A stretch of DNA of 64,000 nucleotides from Phoronis australis (Eukaryota; Animalia; Phoronida), in the NCBI GenBank assembly GCA_002633005.1, contig NMRA01000847.1:52105-116104 (forward strand). Direction: 5' to 3'. Made by a program: the position numbers and the translations under genes. The notes beneath the pieces were generated by a model that was not told the DNA's origin, ran no database searches, and saw nothing but the letters and a program-made list of their open reading frames with translations. This document shows, in pieces, positions 1 through 11,347 of this stretch; within the stretch, counting starts at the first letter, position 1; each line of letters opens with the position of its first letter.

Positions 1-918
1 GGGCGCAAAACAAAACTACCACTAGGAGGGGTCACAGTAGTTAGTCACCATCATCAAAGGTCGTCTTCACACTGAGAACATATATACATGTATTTAATAT
101 ATATTTTCATATGATTTGGTTGATACAGGGGTGGAAGCCAAAAACAAGATTTCAAACGAGAAAAAATGGCCACTAGGTGGTGCAAAATACCCCGATTCTA
201 TCCAAAAACAGGAAGATAGAGTCATAACACCAATAGACGCCTATATTTAAATTTTTATCAAAATCTGTTGAGGACCTTTGAAGATATAGAGTTAAACGTA
301 GAAAACTAAAAATGCAACTAGGGGGCACAGCAATAGTCAGATTTGTCCAAGAGTCGTCATCATCCGTTGCCAACATCATATAAATACACTTGCTAAATTA
401 AGTAAAGATCCTGCAAGCAGCTCAGGAGATACAGCCATAGGCGCAAAACAAACTGTCACTAGGAGGCACCACAGTAGTCGAAATCATCGGAAAATCGTCG
501 TCAACCGTACTCTTCATAGCAAGCACATACATGCCAATTTTCACAATCATCATTTGAGCAGTTTGGTTGATAGAGGGGTGGACGTACAAAAACGACTCGA
601 AAACAGTGAAAATGGCCAATAGGTGGCGCAAACTACGTCGAATCCATCCGAGAACGGGAGGATAGTGTCATCTCACAAATAGGTGCCAACATACCAAATT
701 TCATGAAAATCCGTTAAGGACTTTTTAAGATACAAAGGCAAGCGTAAGAAACTAAAATTGCCACTAGGGGGCACACCGGTGGTCGGATCCGTCCGAAAGT
801 TGGCTCATGCCGTACCATTTATGAATGGAACATATGTGCTAAATTTCATGAACATTTGTCAAAGGGTTTTGGAGATAGAGCAGCGGACGCCGGATATAAG
901 TATGCGGGAGCATAAAAA
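1..918 (-). mobile_element. Helentron-associated non-autonomous element (HINE-like) with internal ~145-bp tandem repeats, truncated by the window edge
   Basis: CCACTAG(G/A)(G/T)GGC-cored repeats recur about every 145 bp. The end GCGGACGCCGGA...GGGAGCATAAAAA matches the end of the complete copy at 2971-4697. Confidence 0.7.
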
Positions 919-1184
919 TAGTGTTTTCTTAATATACCCTCAGAGACTTAATTTCAGAAATTTCCGGTAATGCGTCTACTAGTAATTTTGCTACTTCTAA
1001 AACTAATTATACATGTAGTAGTAGTTTCCTATTGGACCTACTATTACCTGCTACTACTTTACAATCACAACAAGACACAGGGTTCAATTTATTATCCAAG
1101 CATGGGCTGCCTCTACTAGTTTCACTATTAACATTTTTCTAGTACATTGGTCTATTTATAACAACTTCTGACCTATTTATATTA

Positions 1185-1226
1185 GCGCGACGTTTCAGTC
1201 GGTTATGTCTCCGACCATCCTTAGCG
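1185..1226 (-). ncRNA. Degenerate minimal hammerhead ribozyme motif (Penelope-type)
   Basis: Minus strand reads CTAAGGA-T-GGTCGG-loop-CCGACT-GAAACGTCG. Stem II pairs; the core deviates from CUGANGA at one base. Flanks are homologous to 8160-8260. Confidence 0.5.
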
Positions 1227-2970
1227 TTCTTAGAAGACCAACCAAGATGGTTAGCAGATGCATCCATGACGGGCAATTGGGTTGAAATTTTTCTAGTGTA
1301 TAAAATAAATAGACTAGAGCACTGTGTAAATAAACCATTCGATTTTAGAAATGGTTTCTTCATCACAACTTAACGAGGTTGTAGCATCTCATTACTGACG
1401 TTGTCACATTTGATACTAACCATTTCTTTTTTAGTCAGCGCCGCTTTAAGTTCATCAGCTACGGCTCTATGATCCAGTTGGCCACTGAAATCAGAAATTA
1501 ATATTGTCAACAGTGATTACTGAAATTGCTTGGAAGAGAAGCTATCCAGAAACCCCTTTTTTGAGTTACACCCAGAAATCCGTGTAAAGTGAATCCACCA
1601 GAATTTCGCAATGCTGCGAGGAGTAGCACACGTAATTTTGCATTGGATAACGCAAGGGAGCAATATTCAGATACATGTAGTCCATTAGCTGGAAGGCGAG
1701 AAACATGTTTGCATGTTGCGCTGCAGCAGCAACAACAGATTTAGTCATACCATACAAGTTCGTGGTTTGTAACTCGATGAATGTAACATTTCGTCAAGTC
1801 AAACAAGAAAAAGCTGCATCTGTTAACGACAGAATTCCAAATCGTAGCATTGACACTGGTGACCCGAAATTTGCCAGTCAGGTGTCATCCTCAACGTGTA
1901 CAGTGCCACTCCTTCATAGAAGAGTGAAAGTAATACTATCACCATTTTTTCTTAATTGCATACCAGACACCTTTACTAACCGCGAGCGGCTCTGGTGTAG
2001 CCAGATGCATTCAACATGTACATGTAACTGGGAGCACCAAACGCTAACCTGTTGACGATTGGAGTTGAAGTAATTAATAGCCTGGTGCACCTTTTTATGA
2101 ATGGGGGCAAACGAAAACTTAAAATTGGTTTCGATCGGGGACATTGATACACGTTTCTGCGTCCTCCGTCGGTACGCAGGGGGCTTTGGTGATAATAGTT
2201 TTCATTGCAATTTTGTTTGTCACAGGTATGCTACGAGCTATTTTTCAGAGTAAAACAAGAGGTTGTTGGTCGAATAATGTGACGCATTATTACGCATTTA
2301 CAAAAAAAATTATAAATCAAAAGATTCTGCAAGACGGGCATAGGGAAGAACAATGAAGGCGTGTACACACATGCAGTGCTCAGTGTATCATGGGATAAAA
2401 CGAAGGAGTAATTGGAGAAACGACTGAAAGGTCTAACACGAAGTGGATCAGAATGACAGTGGGGAAAATCAATGAAGAAAAATGCAACGCCTCTTGAGTG
2501 GTATGAATGGACTAGGCCACGCTGTACTGACCCAAAGGAGAACTTATTCACCAATGGGAGAACGGGCAGGGAGGTGTATAGATACAAAAACAGAACATGG
2601 TGGTTATGAAATAGAAATAAATAAGGCAAACGAATCTCCGGCCTAGTAAGGCAGGATATAAACAGAAGTGACGAATAGCAAATCTTCCTGATTAATCCAG
2701 ACAACAATTTAAAGAATATTGTTCGAAATTATTTTGTAAAGGTAGTAAATATGGCGAGCTACATGTACATGTATGTTGCAGAGTAATGTAAGAAGTGGAT
2801 GGTGGAATACTGTCACGTATCTCGGAAACATTTTGAGGTCTAATCACCACGCAACCTGTGGCCCCATCACAGTTGGCGTGCTGACCAGACTTAAACATTT
2901 TTGCGTTGTACACTTCCACGTCGGTTTAAGAATTATTTACTTACATAATGCCATGTATTATGACGTACGT

Positions 2971-4697
2971 AACAAGAGCAACGCGGAGCGTTGAAATGCG
3001 CCCACGAACGCATTGCAAATGGTGCGCTTTTAGGGTTATTTATTTGTATCATAAAAATGGCCTACATGGCGCAAAAACATAAAATCCATCCAAAAACCGG
3101 AAAATGCCACATTTCATAAAAATCTGTCAAGTGAAGGAACAAGAGAGAAACAAAAGAAAACAGAATAAAATGAAATTGCCACTAGTGGGCACAGTGTCTG
3201 TTGGATCCGCCTGAAAGTCGCCGTCGTGTGTTGTTATCTTCATATAAATACACATACTAAATTTAGTAAAGATCCTGCACTGGGTTTAGGAGAAAACACT
3301 ATGGGTGCAAAATAAAACTACCACTAGGAGGCGCAACAGTAATCAGTCACCATCATCAAAGGTCGTCTTCACACTGAGAACATATATGCCAATTTTCAAA
3401 TGATTTTGTTGATACAGGGGTGGACACCAAAACAAAATTTAAAAATAGCAAAAATGGCCACGAGGTGGTGCAAAATACCTCGATTCCATCCAAAAACAGG
3501 AAGATAGCGTTATCACACCAATACATGCCTATATTTAAATTTTATGAAAATTTGTTGAGGACCTTTGAAGATACTGATATGAAAAAACTAAAATTCCCCA
3601 CTAAGGGGCACAGCAGTAGTCAGAACTGTCCGAAAGTCGTAGTCATCCGTAGTCAACATCATATAAATACACTTGCCAAATCAAGTAAAGCTCCTGTGAA
3701 CGGTTTAGGAGATACAGCCACAGGCGCAACAAAAACAAATTTGCCACTAAGAGGCGCCACTGTAGTCCAAATCGTCGGAAAGTCATCGTCAACCGTCCTC
3801 TTTATAGTAAGCACATACATGCCAATTTTATAATCATCCTTTGAGCGGTTTGGTTGATAGAGGAGTGGACGCAAAAAACAGACTCGAAAACAGTAAAAAT
3901 GGCCACTAGGTGGCGCAAACACACGTCGAATCCACCCTAAAACGGAAGGATAGCGTCACCTCACTAATAGGTGCCTACGTATTAAATTTCATGAAAATCC
4001 GTTAAGGACTTTTGAAGATAGAAAGTTAAACGTAAAAAAATAAAATTGCCACTAGAGGGCACACCGGTAGTCGGATCTGCCCAAAAGTAGTCGTCGTCCA
4101 TTATAGACATATAAATGTACTTACTAAATTTAGTAAAAATCCTGGGAACAGTTTAGGAGATAAAGTCATAGGCGCAAAAAAACTGCCACTAGGAGGCGCC
4201 ACTGTAGTCGAAATCGTCGAAAAATCATCGTCAACCGTCCTGTTTATAGTAATCACATACATGCCAATTTTCACAACCGTTTAGTTGATAGAGGGGTAGA
4301 CGCAAAAAACAGACTCGAAAACAGTAAACATGGCCACTAGGTGGTGCAAACAACGTCAAATACATCCAAAAACGGAAGGATAGCGTCATCTCACTAAGAG
4401 GTGACTACATGCCGAATTTCATGAAAATTCGTTCTGGACTTTTGAAGATACAAAGGCAAGCGTAAAAAACTAAAATTGCCACTAGGGCGCACACCAGTAG
4501 TCGGATCCGTCCGAAAGTTCGCTCATACCGTTCCATTCATAAATGGAACATATGTGCCTAATCCAAATTAGGCCTACACGTACATGAATGTAAGTCAAAG
4601 GGTTTTAGAGATAGAGTAGCGGACGCCGGACGGACGGACGGACGGACGGAGATGACGGCATAATACGTCCACATATAAATATGTGGGCGCATAAAAA
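2971..4697 (-). mobile_element. Complete HINE-like (Helentron non-autonomous) element
   Basis: Minus-strand 5' end is TTTTTATGCGCCCACATAT..ATATGTGGACG (subTIR plus inverted repeat), followed by a (CCGT)n microsatellite and ~10 tandem ~145-bp units. The 3' end has subTIR GGGCGCAT, hairpin CAACGCTCCGCGTTG and CTCTTGTT. This is the DINE-1/HINE architecture. Confidence 0.8.
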
Positions 4698-5358
4698 GTA
4701 CTCAGAGCAAGGCTCAAACGCAAGAAAAATGGCACCATATAGTTGGTGGTTGTACATTTTATTACAAACGCTTCGCAACTGACAACTGAAACCTAGTGAG
4801 AGTACCAGGTTAATTAGTTTGTAATCCGTGACGATATTTCACTCGAGAATTTGTGTAATGTACCTAGAATGCGAATAGAGAATTTAATTGTTTTCTTACA
4901 GCTTTCCCAATTGAATCAAAATTCAAACATGACCGACATATGGTGACCAGTGGTGGCCATCTTGTTAGTTCCCTTTTAAAGTCTCATTCTTACTCGCGAA
5001 ATACATTTGCAGGACTTATAACCTGGCCTTCGTTGAACTCAACAAACGCAATCGACGTGCGCGGCCTAACACCTCCTCGGCTAATGTACACATTATAATC
5101 TAAATTGTACTGAAATAGCATGTAATCGGGTCAGAACAACACAGGGTGAAGGGCAACAGCGCAGCACTGTCTGATGCACGATAGAGTTTGCGACAAAAGA
5201 CTTTCCGTGGTGATGTCTTACAGTGATCATTGCTGATCGGTAAAGTGCACTTCCTATTAATGTTTAAATTTTATCAAAATCAAAAACCGATGTCGCAACT
5301 GGGTTTTTCTCATGTATTTATAGAAAAAATGAGACCATTGAGATCCAGTTTAAATTAC

Positions 5359-5440
5359 CTCTGCTGATTACGAAGATCTCCAATATCCAAGTATTCATAA
5401 GACTCTGTGTCGTCTCTGGCGTCAAGTATCACAGGACTGG
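5359..5440 (-). CDS. Candidate downstream exon of the CABIT gene (SPVILDARDDTESYEYLDIGDLRNQQ)
   Basis: Acceptor tcttttgttttag, donor AG|gtaatt, open frame with an acidic YEYL tyrosine motif. Linkage to upstream exons is inferred. Confidence 0.45.
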
Positions 5441-6321
5441 CTAAAACAAAAGACTACGCGTTTCAAATTCCCTGACAAAGTAGATAAAACATTAAAACCT
5501 GACAATATACCAAATGCTTAGTTAACTTTTCAAGACATTCATCTCAAACATCTTGCTACCGGTGAATGAAAGCGCTCAAAAAATTTTGATTTTGATGTGT
5601 GCTGCACAAGAGCAAAATATGCACGTGAATCTGAAATAAAATGACCACTTTACCATTGCCGGGTAATTATCCGTGTCATCTTCACTTGTTGTGCACACGC
5701 TCAACTTCCTTACTGCTCATGTGAACACAACGAGTTCCGGATTTACTCTTTGAGGTGTCGGGAGACAGGGGTGTGGGAGCATCTTTGTCCCAGCGCGCAT
5801 CAGTTTGTGCACCTCTCCGAAATGTTCACGAATGTTAAAATCTACACCTGAGTCGAACACAAAAGTACTGGCAAAAATCCAGACCTCTTTTGTTGTAAAT
5901 AAAATACAGAAAAAAATTCCACATTCACTTGCAAAAAAATATGCCTGTTAGCCTGCAGCTTACGGCAATGATAAGCGAAATTGAAAGTATGGAGACAATG
6001 AATAGAGACTAGAAATTGCAGAAAAGTTGTAAACACTGTTTACATAGTACTTTGATATTTTACTGCTGTGATCTGCAGTCTTGACCCTTTTTCCAAAAAT
6101 CCACGATACCGTGATCAATACACGGCTACAGAAGCCCGGGCGGTCGGTTTGGTGCATACCAAAACTTTTCCATAATCTATGACTTGAAAAGTATAAAGGT
6201 AATTACACTGTATTGAAGTGTATATGAATATACCTTCGGTTACTAATCAAACAAAATAAAATGCAGAGGTATCCTAAAACTAAATGACAACGGCAGAAGT
6301 CGAGCAGAACACGTGACTTAC

Positions 6322-6455
6322 TGATGGGTTGATCATTGCTCGATGAACGTCTTGGGGGTCTTGGCGGGGGTTTGGGTTTAATTTCCGGCTTGGTTTTGCT
6401 TCCTCTAGGAAGCAATGCTGGCGGTCTTGTTCCAAGTGGTCTGAAGAAGTGGGTA
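6322..6455 (-). CDS. Candidate proline-rich exon of the CABIT gene (RPPALLPRGSKTKPEIKPKPPPRPPRRSSS)
   Basis: Acceptor aacctag and strong donor gtaagt. The PPPRPPR motif resembles the GRB2-SH3-binding PPPRPPK of THEMIS. Its phase does not directly match the exon-4 donor. Confidence 0.5.
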
Positions 6456-8194
6456 CTAGGTTATTGTAAATGGAAATGGATATATAACTCAAGAAAAGCA
6501 ACCTATCTTATGATACTCAGGAACAATTGAGCCGGAATGTCGCAACAGCTCTGAGTAAGCTCAGACTACCCGCAGTTGAAATAATCGTAGTGTCGCGTGT
6601 TATCGCCATGGAGCTTGTTGCAAACCAATGCATACTTAACTGAAACTCCGGAGCTTATTCAACTACTGAGTTTTGCAGATCCGGCTCTCACATACATGTA
6701 GTGTTGACTCACGTCATCAACTGCATGGGATGTTTGATAAGTTTTTATAAATAAATATTGTTTTGAACACGGTTCGTTTCGCTTGACAACCACATCCAGA
6801 CAAGTAAACGGACTGAGTTCGTTTTTAAAACACCCAGTACGTCACTCAAGAGATTTTAACGCTTGCAATGTATTTCTTAATTAATTTCCACGCGTTGTGT
6901 CCACTTACATTTAGCAAACAGCAGGGCCTAGCTAGAATATCCAGAACGGCGTTAATACGCTACGCTGTGACCACGTATTTCGGTTTTTATTGTTTGTCGA
7001 TATCTCGCGAAGGCTTGCGTTATCCTGCTTTCCTTGCAAAAAAATTTTCTCTTGTTACTTTAATATTTGACAGTGTACCATTCAGTACCGTGCACAAGAA
7101 ACTGATGTAAATCCGCCCGCTGTAAAAAATCTAAGTTTTGACTTAGGCCAACTACCGTTAAGTATGAGATAACAACTTGCTCCTTACTTGCTTGCCGGAG
7201 GAATTGGCATTTCCTAATATTTACTCGACAGTGCACGCCCGGCGGGTAAAATGAAGACCCGACCAAGCCAACTTTCATGATCCCAGTTTCACCCAACTTA
7301 CAAAAGTGCTACTGTTCTTTCCAGCCCCAGAAACACTCTAAATTCCAAGATCGACAAGATGAAGCCGCCGGGTTTCAGTGAATTGGTGTTCATTAGAACT
7401 TACTCGTGTTTTTGTCATAAGGTGGATAAAAAAGCAGCTTAAAGCGGATGTTGCTTTATTAGTAGTTTCCGTGTCTTCTCTATGATCTCAAGTTCTATAC
7501 TGCAGGTGTGCTGATTATCATTTGAATATGCAAAAGTTAGCCGATAGTTAAAAATTTCAAATGACTGTAGAGAAAGTCCAAAAATTGTTTGCACATCGCG
7601 TTGATTTTGCGTTAGCTATGGCACGTTTACATGTACTGAAATGGGCAAATAATTCAACTCGGTGCTTTTAAATTTCGTAGCAACCATTTGATAGTCATAT
7701 ATTTGTAGTCAACATTTTCGCTCACCTTGTATTCTTCTCACGTATTTCACTCAAGAGGGCGCTATATGCACATTTGGATTCCATAATCTGTACATTTAAG
7801 TCTTCAATGTGATGTTCATTGATGGATTCCGCGTATTTGCGACCTAGTAAACGAAAACTTCAGAATAGAGTAATGCTGCATGACGATCCCATAGACCAAT
7901 CTTAAAACTCACCCTCTAAGTACGTAAACGGTGAATAGCATAAACATCAGTGTTTACACTTGAAATGTGGGTTAGTCCTCAAGCCTTAGTGATGAGGTTA
8001 CAATAAATACAATGTAGGTCAGATTCAGGTTGCCATAAAGTAATTCCAATGTTTAAACTTTAAAGACTCTTTCAGGAGTCAGCACTTCTTGTGTTAAACA
8101 TGGATTTAAAACATAACCTTTGACACTCGCAATTACAACTACATGTATTATTAAAATCTCTTGGTCTATTTACACCGACTTCTTGTCTATTTAC

Positions 8195-8242
8195 ATTGTC
8201 ACGACGTTTCGGTCGGACTATTCTCTGGCCATCGTCAGATGT
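8195..8242 (-). ncRNA. Minimal hammerhead ribozyme motif (Penelope-type)
   Basis: Minus strand reads CTGACGA-T-GGCCAGA-loop-TCCGACC-GAAACGTCG. The CUGANGA and GAAA boxes and GUC triplet are intact, with a palindromic ACGT stem III and an imperfect stem II. Confidence 0.6.
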
Positions 8243-9363
8243 TCCTGCGTTATTAGAAGAACGATCACGGATATGTGGTACACTCATCATCATTATATAT
8301 TGTCGGAGGAAGAATTTGACCAAGAGATTTTAATAATAGTTGTAACACGCCACCACTCAGAGTGGTTTTAGAAAGACGCACGCAATTGTGTGTAACGACC
8401 AGGCATCCCAAGATCAGTGTCATATTACGCTCAACTGGCTTTTATTTCTGATTCATGACTTAATCTTTAGATATTCAATGTTGTTTTCCCGATGCTTGAA
8501 TAGCGTCAAATAACGGATGCATGTAGCAAAAATAAAATATTAACTTCCTTCTACCGAGAGACCAATGCGCGCAAGTTCGCAGGGGTCAAACAATTAGGCT
8601 ACATATAGAAAATTGTCTGCAATCTTTGGATCAAAGGACAAATACGTGTATTACCAAGAGGTTTGAAAGCTAATTATGCCATCAAGAAACGGAAGTTCGT
8701 GACAAAAAGTATTTTCTTTACACCACGAGACGCAAGGAAGATAATTTCTCAGAGGTCAAAATATTGTTTGGATCGGAGGACATTCTGATGTCAGTACTAG
8801 AAGTATTATTTTGAAAATCAAAAATAATACGCGATATGGAGGTGTCTTATGGTATTCTAAAAAACATTAATTTTTAAAGCACGTTTGATGGAACTCTAAT
8901 TTAAAAACGTATTGCTCTGGAATACAGTTGAACTAAACTGGATAATCATGCCATTTAACTTGTTTGAAGCCCCGATAAAGTACGACATACAACATGAATT
9001 CTTAAAGGCCTTTTATCTCAAAGGATTAATATAGTTAAAATTTTTGAAAATGTTTTTCAAATTAAAAGGGGAGTGTACTCAAAATAATGTAGCAGATATT
9101 CGGTTCCAACATAAAATGAAACTCACATTTGGTTTACTTGCACGCCAAACAATAGCCAATTTGTATTCATGGTCAAAAGACTGAATCCTAAAAGCGATCG
9201 CTGATTGGCTGATGTGTCAGTGACGTGAATGGCGGGGTATCGGCTGGTTTTCACATTCATTGCTTTAGTAATATTTTAAGAGTTTACTTCGAAATTTATC
9301 ATTGTATCGACTGCCCTTATTTTTATTTTTTAATGTTTGCCACAGTGCTGTAAAAGATACGCC

Positions 9364-9455
9364 ATGCCTTTTTGTATGGCACCTGGTTGTTCAAACTCTT
9401 CGAAAAAGGTGTCTACTAAAGGATGGCATACCATCGCCGGGTTACCCAAGCCTTG
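9364..9455 (+). pseudogene. THAP zinc-finger N-terminal remnant, probably from a Kolobok transposase
   Basis: MPFCMAPGCSNSSKKVSTKG then frameshifted MAYHR..LP, the typical THAP start. A TTAA-AAGGGG Kolobok-like end lies ~300 bp upstream at 9062. Confidence 0.5.
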
Positions 9456-9786
9456 GCCCAAAGCTGTATACATGTACTAAATATATGCCTACAGGTTTGC
9501 ACCGATCTGGGTAAAAAATGGACAAATAAAACCTGACTCAAATTTAATGTCATTAAAACTAATCTTATCCTTGAGTAAACCCAGGAACCAAATTCCTAGA
9601 ATGAACTGACTTCAGTATTTACCGATGCTGGAAAAGCGATCGTTAATCGGCTGCTGCTAAAATTGTAATGCGTTCTCTAGAGTTGGCTTATTGCGATTAC
9701 GTCACCTGACCTTCACCAGTTTCTTTTCTCCCCGATTCTTTGATCAAGTGATCTTCGCTGCCGGTACCTAGGTTACGTACATGTCT

Positions 9787-10220
9787 CAACAAATTATCGG
9801 AACTTGTTTCATTTCGTTACAAGTTTTTAGAATTCTTATACCAGCAAACCGAGTTTTAGAACACACATTGGTAATGCGAAGCTATCATCTCCCGAAAAAC
9901 GTCTCAAATTCTTAGGAAATGGCGTGTGCGCCGTGACACGAGTGTACTGTTTTTGAATCGGACGACACACGTCTTTGTTACAAAAGGCGGTGAATTATAC
10001 TACAAAACGACGTTTGTTTGATTGTTTTCCACTCAAACAGCTGTATCGAAAAAGGTGAGGGTCGGGTGACTATCATATTTTGCATGAACCCTCGCTTGTC
10101 CGTTAGCTTTACATGTTGATGTAAGTTTTACGACGACGTAACAAGCATAAGTCAACTATATCTGGGTAGTCAACGGCTCTGTGAAACTTCGGTGTTAACG
10201 GAGCTCAACACACACTGGTA
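9787..10220 (+). repeat. Solo arm of the foldback element family at 11348-13830
   Basis: Aligns by eye to 11616-11925 plus 13136-13235 (e.g. ATCGGAACT(T/G)GTTTCATTTCGTTACAAGTTTTTAG, AGGAAATGGCG, TAACGGAGCTCA). Confidence 0.7.
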
Positions 10221-11347
10221 TGATAGTCTCCAAACAGCTATAGTCGGTAACTAACCAACCCTTTAGTTTACTGAGTTGAGTATTGGCTGGCAGCTGGCTG
10301 ACTGGCTGGCTAGAGTCCACATTGCCTACGGCACAGTCGCACCAGTGTAAATTGTTGATACGGAGTGGTTGCACCGGCAAATTTTCGTCTGACGATGACG
10401 ACGACTGAGTATCACTGTGAGTTGCCTCGGCTCAAATAGCTATCCCTGGTAACCCCACATTTCACACTAAAATTTCTTATTCCGACAACATGAAGAACAC
10501 CGTTTAAAGCACGCTAACACAGAGCAGTGACTTTTCCCCGGTCAAATACGTCACGAGAAGTAGAGCTCCAAGCGAGTATTTTTTTAGCTTGGTTAGAGAA
10601 TATAAGTTTACTTTTTTATGTTGTATTAATTGTGAAATTAATCAACAACTTATAGAAAACTATCCAAAATTTATTCAGAATAAAATACAGTTCACTTTTA
10701 AGTGATATGTAACATGGTTTTATGTTTTTTCTTCTCTTCTATTACCAAACTAAACGCCTTTATGAGCAGAATTTTGTACCTCTGTCCAGGTCACAAATCA
10801 TCGACTATTCAAGTCTATTTCCGTTCCCTGAGCTCCTTCTGTTTCAGTTAAATCCAGTATTGATGATTTCAACCAATCCTTGCTCTGTCACCTGCTAATA
10901 CACCATTGGCGTTCCACTTGAGCCAGTGTTAAAAGCAGGACTGAACGAAAAATTCATAGTCCTTAAGTCATTATGGTTCTTATTGGGGAAATCTTTCACC
11001 GCAATTGCCGTGTAACTCACCTGAAGCGTTGGTCACGCCTGCCTGTTTACCAGATTTTGAAGGGCGTTTTCATATTTTGCTCCAAACTTGTGATGGTTTT
11101 CGAGGGTTACAGAGCATTATTTTGCTTCATAGGGCCGAATGTAAAAGTCGCTTAATATCTATTAGTAGGCCAGGTTTGGTATCCTTTTAAGGAAAGATTC
11201 CTGAATGACGGCCATTTTGTACATGAACACGAATTAACATCACCTGTTCTTATTTTGTTTGGTTATTTTTGATTCTATTTTCTGTTCTTTCAATACAAAT
11301 TTGGTTGTGCAAATTTTATCTGCTCATTTGTACTTCACGCAGTATAT

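Noticed and set aside
1566-2760. Cluster of overlapping 60-160 aa ORFs, one with a hydrophobic segment
   Set aside because: No recognisable domain, no consistent splice structure, and multiple stops.
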